A stretch of DNA of 64,000 nt from positions 8,153 to 72,152 of the IMG/VR virus record IMGVR_UViG_3300003323_000621; one strand, written 5' to 3'. The position numbers were made by a program, and so were the translations under genes. Under the pieces are notes generated by a model. The model had not been told where the DNA came from. It saw nothing but the letters and a program-made list of their open reading frames with translations, and ran no database searches. Shown piece after piece: positions 27,445 through 36,826 of this stretch; the stretch's first letter is position 1, and the number at the start of each line of letters is the position of its first letter. This DNA is from a virus. Lineage: Duplodnaviria; Heunggongvirae; Uroviricota; Caudoviricetes.

Positions 27445-28158
27445 TTAAATCTTATCTAATTCAATAGAGTATTTTTTAACTCCTTTATCACATTTGATAC
27501 TCTTTGTTAGAATATAATACTTACTATCTTTACTCTGCCATACTTCAAAGTAATCAATAATACCAGGATCATCAATAGAAAATTCAATTCTAACTTTATT
27601 ATTACCTATTTTACTACTGGTAACTTCTGTATATTTAATAGGTAGTGTAATATTAGTAATATCTACTTGTACCCACTTAGGATTCTTTCCTTGCCAATTA
27701 CAAATAGTTAAAGCTTTAGCTTTTATTTTACCTATTTTAGGAGATCCTTTAAGTCTAAATAATTCTGTTGTATTAGCAGCTACCCAAATATGCTCAAGAT
27801 TATTCTTTTTATTAGGAGTAATAGCAGTAATACTTACCCCATCATAATGTAATTCAATGTCAGCCTGACAACTTTGTTTATTAGTAACTTCTAATAAATA
27901 TTCTCCAGTAGAATAATCATAAGTAAGAAGATTCAATTTAAGATACGGATCTTCATTTTCTGATTCATGAGGTCCTGCTGTATTAACTACAATAATATTT
28001 GTTTTTGTAGTATCAGCTCCAATAGCATATATCTGAAAGAAATTCTTTCCTTTCTTTTCAATAGTTTCTTCACTTGAAGATTTTTGACAAGATACTAACA
28101 TTCCAACTCCCATCATAAACATAATTACAGGGAGAATAATTGATTTAATTTGTTTCAT
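27445..28158 (-). CDS. lipoprotein, likely surface-exposed (Bacteroidota-type lipoprotein export signal)
   Basis: Signal peptide with lipobox MLVSC followed by QKSSSEE (Cys then Q-K and acidic residues); beta-rich C-terminal part. Confidence 0.55.
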   Translation of the reverse strand: MKQIKSIILPVIMFMMGVGMLVSCQKSSSEETIEKKGKNFFQIYAIGADTTKTNIIVVNTAGPHESENEDPYLKLNLLTYDYSTGEYLLEVTNKQSCQADIELHYDGVSITAITPNKKNNLEHIWVAANTTELFRLKGSPKIGKIKAKALTICNWQGKNPKWVQVDITNITLPIKYTEVTSSKIGNNKVRIEFSIDDPGIIDYFEVWQSKDSKYYILTKSIKCDKGVKKYSIELDKI

Positions 28159-28177
28159 TTTTAGAGTTTTTATTATT

Positions 28178-28714
28178 TTATTTTACTATTGTTATTAAAT
28201 TTTCATGATATATTTTATCATATTCAGCATATAAGTTCAAAATAATTTTAGTCCTTAATGATTTAGCATAATTAAGACATTGAAAAGTTCCACCACTTTC
28301 TTTTCCATTATATAAAGCTATTAACTCATTACAATCATCTACTATAGCTCTATTTCTAATTAACATTTTTTCTGGTGAATAACCTCCAGTAGAAATAATC
28401 TTAACTTCACTACATTTGCTTAATAGATTATTATAGAATTCCTGACTTGATTTAGGCCATCTTCTTTCCTGTCCTTTAAATGGAATATAAGCTGATACAG
28501 GTATTCCATTATCTATAGCTGCTAAAGCAGCAGCTTGATCCCATCCTAAAGCCATGCCTACAATAACTTTAGAAACTTTTTCCTTAGTATAATATTCACT
28601 AAAAAATAAATTTGCTGTTTGATATAAACTTGTAAATACTGTATTTCCATAACCACCTAAATCTTTAGGTCTATGTCCAGTAACACCTACTACAATAGGA
28701 TTTATTAAACTCAT
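28178..28714 (-). CDS. SLOG-superfamily (YpsA/DprA-like Rossmann) protein
   Basis: Start placed at the internal Met (MSLINPIVVGVTGHRP) because the upstream Met of the ORF-track call overlaps tRNA-Leu; motifs GVTGHRP and GMALGWDQAAALAAIDNGIP resemble YpsA/DprA-type SLOG domains. Confidence 0.4.
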   Translation of the reverse strand: MSLINPIVVGVTGHRPKDLGGYGNTVFTSLYQTANLFFSEYYTKEKVSKVIVGMALGWDQAAALAAIDNGIPVSAYIPFKGQERRWPKSSQEFYNNLLSKCSEVKIISTGGYSPEKMLIRNRAIVDDCNELIALYNGKESGGTFQCLNYAKSLRTKIILNLYAEYDKIYHENLITIVK

Positions 28715-28729
28715 AAAATTATATTTTTG

Positions 28730-28815
28730 TACCCCCAATGGGACTTGAACCCACACTCCCATTACTGAGAACAGGATTTTAAGTCCTGCATGTCTACCAA
28801 TTCCATCACAGGGGT
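28730..28815 (-). tRNA. tRNA-Leu (anticodon TAA), long variable arm
   Basis: Manual fold: acceptor ACCCCTG/TGGGGGT (two G.U), anticodon stem CAGGA/TCCTG with loop CTTAAAA, long variable arm, T-arm GTGGG-TTCAAGT-CCCAT; 86 nt. Confidence 0.65.
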
Positions 28816-28838
28816 ATATATCTGTCTAAAGACAGATA

Positions 28839-29087
28839 TTATGTATATTCTACAATTTGATTAGGATATATTATACTAATTGATCCATCATCATTTCTTA
28901 CCATAAATTTAGTCATTGGATGATATTCAGGTTTGTAATTACTTTGTCCATTACCAACTTCTATTCTTTCTACAACTATAATACTTTCTAATAGAGTAGC
29001 TTCAATTAATGATGTTGTTGAAAATGCAAAATTTTTGTTAACATGAGTTTCACCTTTTTTACAATATTTTATTTTCTTTTCTTTCAT
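28839..29087 (-). CDS. hypothetical protein (82 aa)
   Basis: ORF track. Confidence 0.4.
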   Translation of the reverse strand: MKEKKIKYCKKGETHVNKNFAFSTTSLIEATLLESIIVVERIEVGNGQSNYKPEYHPMTKFMVRNDDGSISIIYPNQIVEYT

Positions 29088-29544
29088 TTTCTAAGATTAT
29101 TAATCTATCAATAGTTTCTTCTATTATTTCATTATATGATAACCAAGCTATAGCAGCATTTAATCTACTATAATATTTATCATATCCACAATTAAGACCA
29201 TACTTTTTGTCTGGTATTAATGCTTTACATTCTGTAGGTCTATCATCAAAAATTTTTGAACATCCTCCAGGTTCTAAGAATATACATTGACCTCCTGAAG
29301 AAGCATCCACTATTTTATCTTTAGATCTAATAGTCTGTGGTCTTAAATAATATCCTATTTTATCAGATCCATCTACAGAACCTTCATAATAGTCAAATTG
29401 ATAACCTTCCTGATAATATTTAACTAGTACATCAACAGTTATCTCTTCTTTTATATCTTCTGGATATAATATTCCAGGCATGTTCTTACAACATTTACCT
29501 CCACAAGCAGAACAAACACTAATATTCTCATTGTTAGTTATCAT
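29059..29544 (-). CDS. YkgJ/UPF0153-like Cys-cluster (zinc or Fe-S chelating) protein
   Basis: N-terminal CSACGGKCC (CxxCGxCC) plus later GGQCIFLEPGGC and ECKA cysteine motifs. Confidence 0.45.
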   Translation of the reverse strand: MITNNENISVCSACGGKCCKNMPGILYPEDIKEEITVDVLVKYYQEGYQFDYYEGSVDGSDKIGYYLRPQTIRSKDKIVDASSGGQCIFLEPGGCSKIFDDRPTECKALIPDKKYGLNCGYDKYYSRLNAAIAWLSYNEIIEETIDRLIILENERKENKIL

Positions 29545-29658
29545 AATATAAAATTTTGATTATACTAACTACATTTACCAAATAATATACATACTACAAC
29601 TCCTATAACTACTAACATCATGACAACATCAGGACCATCTATTCTATAGTGTTTATTC

Positions 29659-30060
29659 TTATCTTTGTCTTCCATACTTCTTTTTTAATTTTAAATAGAG
29701 TTTATACTCCTCTTTTTCCTTCTCAGCTTTAGTTTTCTTTCTTTTAGGAACTTTAAGAGTAAATTCTATTGCATGATTAAATACCTCTCCTGTTATAGCT
29801 GTGTAATAACCTCCATAACCTACATATACTTGCTTAGTATCATTATTAATGAGCATAACTTTATAGTTATACATAGCTCCTTTCTCTGTATCAAATGTAC
29901 CTGATTCATGATCAGTTTCTACTTCCCATCCTTTCCATTTACCAACAGGAATTTTACCATCTATTGAATCATATGAATAGCTATAAAGCTTTTCTATTTC
30001 TTCTCCTTTTAGAGTAATTGTCTTTTTTAATTCATTTTTCATCTTCATCTTTTCTTTCAA
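29659..30060 (-). CDS. hypothetical protein (133 aa)
   Basis: ORF track. Confidence 0.45.
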   Translation of the reverse strand: MKEKMKMKNELKKTITLKGEEIEKLYSYSYDSIDGKIPVGKWKGWEVETDHESGTFDTEKGAMYNYKVMLINNDTKQVYVGYGGYYTAITGEVFNHAIEFTLKVPKRKKTKAEKEKEEYKLYLKLKKKYGRQR

Positions 30061-30343
30061 GATAATAAGTAATAGTATCTCTATTAATCATTTTAAGAGC
30101 AACACAAGTACCATCAGGTTCATGTGCTCTTTTATCTAATATAGAGTTTACTGTATCAAAACACAAGTTAAATCCTGCATCTAATCCTTTCTCATATCCT
30201 TTAAAATACGTTTTATTTTTAGGATTATGCCTAAGTCCTTGTGTTAAACCTTGCCAAAATCCTATAAATACTGCAAAGGCTATAAAAACTAATAAACCAA
30301 TTGAAGCTAAATAGGAATTTATTGTAATAGTATTATTTTTCAT
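30032..30343 (-). CDS. small membrane protein (one N-terminal transmembrane helix)
   Basis: Hydrophobic stretch SYLASIGLLVFIAFAVFIGFW. Confidence 0.4.
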   Translation of the reverse strand: MKNNTITINSYLASIGLLVFIAFAVFIGFWQGLTQGLRHNPKNKTYFKGYEKGLDAGFNLCFDTVNSILDKRAHEPDGTCVALKMINRDTITYYLERKDEDEK

Positions 30344-30352
30344 ATTTTCTAA

Positions 30353-30643
30353 TTAAGGAAAATAAAATATAAATTCTGTCAATCCAGATCTTTCTTTATT
30401 CTCTGAAGAAGTTTGATGTTTAACATCTTTCCAACCTTCTTTTTTATATAAAAATGCCACTTCATCTCTCACTTTAGTTGAGAATTCTTTATCAACAATA
30501 ACATTTATATAATTACTACTATTGTTATTTATATAAACATAATTGTTTCCTGATATTTTGAGTTCTAATCTATTAATTAGTTCTTCAATCTGAAATTCTT
30601 CTTTTCTTTGTAAGAATTGTGTAGGACTAGTTAAATTTCTCAT
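30353..30643 (-). CDS. hypothetical protein (96 aa)
   Basis: ORF track. Confidence 0.4.
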   Translation of the reverse strand: MRNLTSPTQFLQRKEEFQIEELINRLELKISGNNYVYINNNSSNYINVIVDKEFSTKVRDEVAFLYKKEGWKDVKHQTSSENKERSGLTEFIFYFP

Positions 30644-30656
30644 AATTGATTATTCT

Positions 30657-31076
30657 ATTTTATTGTGTGGAGGTGAGGGGAGTTGAACCCCTGTCCAAAC
30701 AAATACAAACAATATAAGTTACATGTTTGACTAGCTTTTTCTTCCCTGTCTTGGAATATTAGACTTCCTATATATTACTTTAGTATTACTAAAATAATAT
30801 TATCCAGTTTAATTATAGTCTAAAAACTTTCACTGCTGCCCTTTAATGTTGCAGATCATTAAAAACCTCAACTTATTATTTCTCCTAATGAGGCAATAAG
30901 GATAGGAATTAAGCCATTACAGCTTCATCTTCAAAGATGGATGCTAAAACTGCATCAACATCATTTCCTACTTCAATGCTAGAAACTTCTGCATTTATTA
31001 TTTGAATACTCTTATTTAAGTGTTTACATCCTTAACACTACATGCCTATATTTATCCATAATTTGCTGTCAAAACC
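30657..31076 (-). ncRNA. ssrA: candidate tmRNA (transfer-messenger RNA, ssrA-like), phage-encoded
   Basis: Minus-strand 5' end GGGGGTGTATTGGTTTTGACAGC (cf. B. subtilis GGGGACGTTACGGATTCGACAGGG) and 3' end GGACAGGGGTTCAACTCCCCTCACCTCCA (cf. E. coli GGACGCGGGTTCAACTCCCGCCAGCTCCACCA). 7-bp acceptor GGGGGTG/CACCTCC with G3.U70 Ala identity pair. Internal GTAAACACTTAAATA resembles the B. subtilis ssrA region upstream of the resume codon, followed by an ORF ...GCA GAA GTT ... GCT GTA ATG GCT TAA. Confidence 0.75.
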
Positions 31077-31088
31077 AATACACCCCCA

Positions 31089-31418
31089 TTATTTATAATA
31101 CTTCCTTAATGATTTATTAGGAAATCTGCTTTTTTTCTCTGCTTCTACAGCAGCTATCTTTTCTTTATCTATTTTTATCTGTTCTTCTGCATCCCAAAAA
31201 TTATTAAAGCTATATTCAATACCATTCCATTCCACATTACAGAATTCTCCTATACCACCTCTTTCTAATCTAAGAGAATCTTTTTGATGATATATAAATG
31301 GAATTGTTATATTAAATATTGAATATAATTTTAATCTGTATAGTTTATAATAGATCAATCCATTTTTAGCAACAAAAGTGTCTATGTAATATCTATACTT
31401 ATATTTTAATATTTTCAT
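31089..31418 (-). CDS. hypothetical protein (109 aa)
   Basis: ORF track. Confidence 0.4.
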   Translation of the reverse strand: MKILKYKYRYYIDTFVAKNGLIYYKLYRLKLYSIFNITIPFIYHQKDSLRLERGGIGEFCNVEWNGIEYSFNNFWDAEEQIKIDKEKIAAVEAEKKSRFPNKSLRKYYK

Positions 31419-31585
31419 ACCAATAAATTAATAAAATGAAATAGGCAGTTGAAACTTATGTTTATGAGTATATCAGGGCTACCCTAACTGCCTATTATTA
31501 TCTTTAATAAAAGAAAAATAGCCTATATAATGATATAAGCTATTTTTATCTGATGGGCTACAAATTGAATATGCAAGTTTTGTAG

Positions 31586-32410
31586 CTATTTTAATGAAAA
31601 TAGGGTAGAGCTATTATTACCTAACATATATTGAGGTAATGCTCCATTCCATTTTTCAGCTTTAATAAGTTCTATGTATTGAGGGCTTTGTCTTAAAGCT
31701 TCTTGTTTTAATAAGATAGCTCTTGCCTCAGATTGAGCATTAATTACTAATACACTACTATCCCTTTTTGCAGCAATAATATCATTTTTAGCTTGTGCTT
31801 CTAATGATTTACTCTCATTTTCTATTCTTAGTTTCTCTTGTACAGCATTAGCTTTAGCAGCTATATTAGCTTTAAGAGCATCATCAGGTGTTAATCCTGA
31901 TGTAGTATTAGTAACATGAAAATAAGGATTTAATTTAGCTTGTAATTCTTTTGCAAGCTCTATTTCATATCCAGCTCTATTATTTAATAAACTATCAGGA
32001 TCAAAAGTATTAGTAGCATCTCTGTATACTTGCTGTACAATACCTTTAAGCCATCCTTCTTCAATATCTGATAAATCTTTTCTAAATAATTGATACATAC
32101 TATCAGCTCTTTCAGCATTAACAGAGTAATTTAGAATTGGATGTACTTTAAAGATTGTTCCACCTTTAGCCCATACTTCAAACTCCTCATAATTCTTATG
32201 CTGTACAAAGGTAGGAATCTCTACTACTTCTGATGCTCCTGGCATATACCATACCCAACCAGTTACATATTTAATATTAGATACCCCTCTTTCTTCTCCT
32301 GTAAGATTAACTTTTAAGCCAATATGACCTGCATTAATTCTTTCACAAGAGGTAGCTGTTACTAATAGTAGTAAACCAGCTAAAATTGATAATAATGTAC
32401 TTCTTTTCAT
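31586..32410 (-). CDS. SPFH/band-7 (prohibitin/HflKC-like) lipoprotein
   Basis: Lipobox LVTATSC after a signal peptide; C-terminal Ala/Glu/Lys-rich coiled region (ELAKELQAKLN...IAAKANAVQEKLRIENESKSLEAQAKNDIIAAKRD...ARAILLKQEA) typical of SPFH-domain proteins. Confidence 0.5.
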   Translation of the reverse strand: MKRSTLLSILAGLLLLVTATSCERINAGHIGLKVNLTGEERGVSNIKYVTGWVWYMPGASEVVEIPTFVQHKNYEEFEVWAKGGTIFKVHPILNYSVNAERADSMYQLFRKDLSDIEEGWLKGIVQQVYRDATNTFDPDSLLNNRAGYEIELAKELQAKLNPYFHVTNTTSGLTPDDALKANIAAKANAVQEKLRIENESKSLEAQAKNDIIAAKRDSSVLVINAQSEARAILLKQEALRQSPQYIELIKAEKWNGALPQYMLGNNSSTLFSLK

Positions 32411-32438
32411 TTTTTAAAATTAAAATAGATTTTTGTTT

Positions 32439-32687
32439 TTATTTCTTCTTTGTTCCTATGTTAAATACAGAATAAAATATAGCAGATAAAAATAATACTG
32501 GAATAGTTACAAACCATAATAAACTTATAACTATTATTACAAATACTACTATAAAATAATCCATAAAATCTACATATTCATCTAATCCAAACTCATTTCT
32601 TAAATTAGAAGGTAATTCTCTTTTAGAGAAAAACCATGCTAATAATAATGAAAAAGTTATTATTGCTCCTATTAACCACGAGTTCAT
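32439..32687 (-). CDS. small membrane protein (2 transmembrane helices)
   Basis: Hydrophobic segments WLIGAIITFSLLLAWFF and FIVVFVIIVISLLWFVTIPVLFLSAIF. Confidence 0.4.
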   Translation of the reverse strand: MNSWLIGAIITFSLLLAWFFSKRELPSNLRNEFGLDEYVDFMDYFIVVFVIIVISLLWFVTIPVLFLSAIFYSVFNIGTKKK

Positions 32688-32698
32688 AATATTATATT

Positions 32699-32935
32699 TT
32701 AATATTTATCTCCACCTAATAATTTAAATAGTATCTTTCCTATGTATTTTCCTCCAATAAGTGCTACAGTTAATGCTGCTACCATATATACTATCCATAA
32801 AGAAGTTGGTTTACTTGCTTCTTCAAATAAAATAGATACAATAGTACCTGATACTAATGAAATAGTGACTAAAAGTATTAATAGGAATATTTTATTATTA
32901 GAGATTTTTCTCCATAAATTCTTTATACTTTCCAT
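32699..32935 (-). CDS. small membrane protein (2 transmembrane helices)
   Basis: Start trimmed to the internal Met (MESIKNLW) because the 5' part of the longer ORF-track call 32699..33064 overlaps 32898..33179 in another frame. Confidence 0.35.
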   Translation of the reverse strand: MESIKNLWRKISNNKIFLLILLVTISLVSGTIVSILFEEASKPTSLWIVYMVAALTVALIGGKYIGKILFKLLGGDKY

Positions 32936-33179
32936 TTTCTTTATTTTGTTCCTTTTTCTTTTCAAAAGGAGAAACAATCTCATGTCCATAATACTTATCA
33001 CCAGCATCAGCACAAATATCTTTAGCCAATGTACCATAATTAATCTCTGCATCAAAGAAAGCAAGATTAATTACTCTCATAGCATGAGATTGTTTCTTTT
33101 TAGGAGTTTTATGATTGTTTCTTTCAGCTAATGAAGGAACTACCTCTTTTGGTGAGATATGAATAATTAATTGAGTCAT
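32898..33179 (-). CDS. hypothetical protein (93 aa)
   Basis: ORF track; protein-like composition. Confidence 0.4.
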   Translation of the reverse strand: MTQLIIHISPKEVVPSLAERNNHKTPKKKQSHAMRVINLAFFDAEINYGTLAKDICADAGDKYYGHEIVSPFEKKKEQNKENGKYKEFMEKNL

Positions 33180-33414
33180 AATAAATTTCTACTGATTTTT
33201 CTAATGTTATATTTTTGTTTAATGCAATACTTGACACATTGAACTTTTTAGTCCAATTATCAAATGAGATGTCTTGTTCATTAACTGTATGAGATATACT
33301 AAGAACTTTTCTTCTTTTATTTCCTACAGATAATATATCACTAACCTTCTTATTTGTAAAAATTCTAGTGAGAGTATTTGCTAATCCTTCCAAATTAATA
33401 TTTTTAGTTAACAA
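33124..33414 (-). CDS. hypothetical protein (96 aa)
   Basis: ORF track. Confidence 0.4.
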   Translation of the reverse strand: MLTKNINLEGLANTLTRIFTNKKVSDILSVGNKRRKVLSISHTVNEQDISFDNWTKKFNVSSIALNKNITLEKSVEIYYDSINYSYLTKRGSSFIS

Positions 33415-33426
33415 TAGATTTAGAAA

Positions 33427-33534
33427 TCATTTTCTAAACCATTTACTATCATTACATTTATAACAAAAGTAATGCCCTGGAATTTGCTCATAGTGATGAG
33501 GAGTCATTTTATGACAATTTCTACAATATTTCAT
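33427..33534 (-). CDS. 35-aa zinc-ribbon micro-protein (below the ORF-track length cutoff)
   Basis: Hand translation MKYCRNCHKMTPHHYEQIPGHYFCYKCNDSKWFRK* with paired CxxC motifs; lies in an otherwise empty 310-nt gap. Confidence 0.3.
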   Translation of the reverse strand: MKYCRNCHKMTPHHYEQIPGHYFCYKCNDSKWFRK

Positions 33535-33728
33535 ACCCCTTATCCACCACCATAATCTTCTGAACATTAGTAAATTATTTGAAATTCAATATTACAAAAT
33601 CCTCCAATACATCTTTTAATATATAAGATTTTTATTTGGAAGGATCTTGTAATATTCATATAAAATTCACAAAATCTACTATATAACACATTTTTAAAGG
33701 ATATTTTTTTCATCCTCGATAATTAAAG

Positions 33729-34151
33729 TTAAAAAAACATTTGTTCAAACCAATTTCCACTCTTTAATTTCCAAAATTTCTTTGTTGCTTTAATTATTTC
33801 TATGTTATTAGATTTCATTACATCTTCAATTACCTTTCTATAGAATTTCTTACAGTTTGTATAACAATTAACCCATATAAATGATAAAAATCCTGCTAAA
33901 ATATAAGAACCTAACCAGGTTAAATCATCAAATTTAAACATAGAGTCTAAATATGATATAGGAATTAATATGGATATAATGAGACATAATCTCATTTCCC
34001 TTCTTATATAAGTTAACATTTTAACCATAACATCAGGAGTCCTTTTTTTATCCAATAATTTATGTGTTCTCCATATAGTATATATACTATATATTATCAA
34101 TGTTATGAATATAGCTGTTGAAATGGATGAAATAATTTCTAAAAATTTCAT
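33729..34151 (-). CDS. membrane protein (3 to 4 transmembrane helices)
   Basis: Multiple hydrophobic segments. Confidence 0.45.
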   Translation of the reverse strand: MKFLEIISSISTAIFITLIIYSIYTIWRTHKLLDKKRTPDVMVKMLTYIRREMRLCLIISILIPISYLDSMFKFDDLTWLGSYILAGFLSFIWVNCYTNCKKFYRKVIEDVMKSNNIEIIKATKKFWKLKSGNWFEQMFF

Positions 34152-34188
34152 AGTGAAGTTATTAAGAGTTAAAATTTAATTTCTATTT

Positions 34189-34488
34189 TTAATCTGCTTC
34201 AACAATATCTTCAAATACATGCACTAACAGTACAATTCCACAAAGAATTACTGCTAATCCACAAAACCAACTAGCACCATCAGATACTCCTGTATCATTA
34301 TATGCTAATGTGAAAAGATATATTAAAGCCATTTCTACCATAAATAATGATATACTTATTCCATATTTACTAAAGAAACCTAGAATATTTCTAAATACTT
34401 CTCTAGTTCTCTCTTTCAATATAGATTTTTTGATTACTTGATCTATATCAAAAATTTGTATTTCCTTTTTTTGTTTGTTTCTTAACAT
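34189..34488 (-). CDS. small membrane protein (2 transmembrane helices)
   Basis: Hydrophobic segments ISISLFMVEMALIYLFTLAY and WFCGLAVILCGIVLLVHVF. Confidence 0.4.
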   Translation of the reverse strand: MLRNKQKKEIQIFDIDQVIKKSILKERTREVFRNILGFFSKYGISISLFMVEMALIYLFTLAYNDTGVSDGASWFCGLAVILCGIVLLVHVFEDIVEAD

Positions 34489-34498
34489 AATTATAATT

Positions 34499-34747
34499 TT
34501 AGTTAGTATAACTTACAAAAGTTACTTCATATTCCCTGGCTATTACATTAGCATCTTCATCAATTTGTTTAATTGATAAAATATGAATAGGTCTTTCTCC
34601 TTGATAGCTTAAAAAACCAAGCCATAAAATTCTTTCTATTGAATGATTGATGCTTGTAGGCATTGGATAATCATTCAAACTCTTTTTTACAGCTTCTAAT
34701 GTAGTTACTTCAGGAATAGATAATTTGATTTTCTTTTTAATTTTCAT
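34499..34747 (-). CDS. hypothetical protein (82 aa)
   Basis: ORF track. Confidence 0.4.
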   Translation of the reverse strand: MKIKKKIKLSIPEVTTLEAVKKSLNDYPMPTSINHSIERILWLGFLSYQGERPIHILSIKQIDEDANVIAREYEVTFVSYTN

Positions 34748-34983
34748 AATTAATAATATTCATTGTTATTTCTTATTCTATGGGATAATATGACCAAGAT
34801 CCTTTATTAACAATATGATTAATTTGCATTAATGGCATATTAATAAAATATTCATATACAACTATATATCCCCAAGAATCTTCTACATTTAATCTATTAG
34901 ATATAATTATTTCAATATCTGCATAAGATGTTATTTCTTTCTTTTCCATCATAAAAAGAAAAAATAAAATATTAATATTACTA

Positions 34984-35190
34984 TTACCAATCTTTTAGTT
35001 TTTTTATTTTCCATTTAGCATTATGAGTAATTATAACTTTCCTTTGTAAAGAGAATATCATTCCTGGATTCATTATATTAATTTTTTCTTTCCAATATAC
35101 AACTTCCCATCCCTTTCTCATGTAGTCTTCTATCCTTTCTTTACTTTTTCTTAGTATTTCTACACTTTTATATTCATATTCTATTTTCAT
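34984..35190 (-). CDS. hypothetical protein (68 aa)
   Basis: ORF track. Confidence 0.35.
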   Translation of the reverse strand: MKIEYEYKSVEILRKSKERIEDYMRKGWEVVYWKEKINIMNPGMIFSLQRKVIITHNAKWKIKKLKDW

Positions 35191-35936
35191 TATAAATTAG
35201 TTTTAATTAATAGCAAAGAAAACATAAGTTACTCATCTGAATATTATACCTTTGTTGGTTAATGTTACATTTTTCACTTATATTTTCTTTGGATAAGAAC
35301 TAATTCCCTCTGCACTCAATTGTAATAGATAGTCATAGGTAATTAAAGGTTCACCCCTTGTTATATTCCCTAATTTCTCTAACTGAGATTTTATCATCAT
35401 TACAATTGCTATCCCTTGGGAAGCTAATTAACATAATTTCCCTGTTTTCAGTAAGACCACTTGTGAGTGTATCTCTACATTAATCAGGAGGATTCTAACC
35501 CTCATAGTTTGTATATCTTTAAACTCATATCACTATAGCCTACTCAATATACATTTTGGTGCATTGAAAAAGAAAGTAAGGATTTTGCTGGATACTGTTG
35601 TATTATTTTATATGATAATATATTATATATAAATTATCAAAACCCTTAATCATCCTTACTCTCTAGTACTTATACTTGCTTGTTAATAATTGTGTGATGT
35701 TATTCTCAAATCACTATAAGAGTGTTATACTACTGTTGTATAACCAAGTCTATAACAGATGGATCCTTCTCTGTATTAACTAATTTGGTTACTCTTTGCA
35801 GAGTATCTATATAAATACATTAAATAAAAGGTTCGCTTATTACTCAATGCATTTACATATTATTCTTTTTGGATAAAAAAAATAATACTTAGCTTTATCA
35901 TAGATTCAGTGGTTCTATAGTTTGCTAATATCTTTA

Positions 35937-36653
35937 TTAAAATGTTGGAGAAGTATAATTATTATAAGTTTTCTTACCTTTTGATCCTGGATACTTCTTT
36001 TCTAGCTTGTAGAATCTGTTTACTATATTCTGACAATTTAATATCCTTTTTACCAATAACTCATAATCAAATGTCATCTCTCCAATTCTAAATTCAATAC
36101 TCTTGTAATCATTATGCAATCTTATTGCTTGTTTACTAAAGCTCAATTGCATTTTGTTATATGTACCTTTGTAGCCCCAATGATGTAATGCATTTATCAT
36201 CCATCTACTATTTCTTTCTATTACAGGCTCATTACTATCTATTCTTTTGTAAGATAGTTTACTTCCATATTTCCATTCTTTATAATAATCTATATGATAA
36301 TGTATTCCAGATTTATTATTTATTAGGAAATATTTTTTTAAAAAGAGAGATAGATGATATAAACATACTAATCCTTTAATCCCAGGTGGAATTCTAAACC
36401 TACTTTCTATTGCTGTAATATCAAATGATAATATATCATATTTAGATAACTCCTCAATAGCTCTGGTTTTAATATATTCTATTGAACTAAAACCTTCTAC
36501 ATCTAATGGTCTTGGAGGAGCTTCAATTTCAATACCTACTGATCTTGGTAGTAAACTATTAGCATAATTAATCATTGTCTGATCTTTTATTGCTAATAGA
36601 GGTAAAGGACATATTTTTACTATGTCCCTTACTCTTTTATATCCTTTATGCAT
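35937..36653 (-). CDS. putative amidoligase (glutamine-synthetase-like carboxylate-amine ligase fold)
   Basis: Motifs SVGIEIEAP (G-x-E-x-E metal-binding strand), IHYHIDYY and IEFRIGEM (E-x-R) resemble the conserved strands of the phage/bacterial Amidoligase_2 family. Confidence 0.4.
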   Translation of the reverse strand: MHKGYKRVRDIVKICPLPLLAIKDQTMINYANSLLPRSVGIEIEAPPRPLDVEGFSSIEYIKTRAIEELSKYDILSFDITAIESRFRIPPGIKGLVCLYHLSLFLKKYFLINNKSGIHYHIDYYKEWKYGSKLSYKRIDSNEPVIERNSRWMINALHHWGYKGTYNKMQLSFSKQAIRLHNDYKSIEFRIGEMTFDYELLVKRILNCQNIVNRFYKLEKKYPGSKGKKTYNNYTSPTF

Positions 36654-36667
36654 AAGAATATAATTAA

Positions 36668-36826
36668 TTAATATTCACCTGAAAATTCTTCTTTTTCAGA
36701 AGCAAGTTCAGCTTTTGGAGTACTTTCTTCAATAAGCTTTGTAAGAGATTCTTCTGTTGCATTCTCATCATATTTGAGATTTCTTTGATCACAAATAGTC
36801 TTAAGCTCACTAATTGATAATTTCAT
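36668..36826 (-). CDS. 52-aa acidic micro-protein (below the ORF-track cutoff)
   Basis: Hand translation MKLSISELKTICDQRNLKYDENATEESLTKLIEESTPKAELASEKEEFSGEY*. Confidence 0.3.
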   Translation of the reverse strand: MKLSISELKTICDQRNLKYDENATEESLTKLIEESTPKAELASEKEEFSGEY

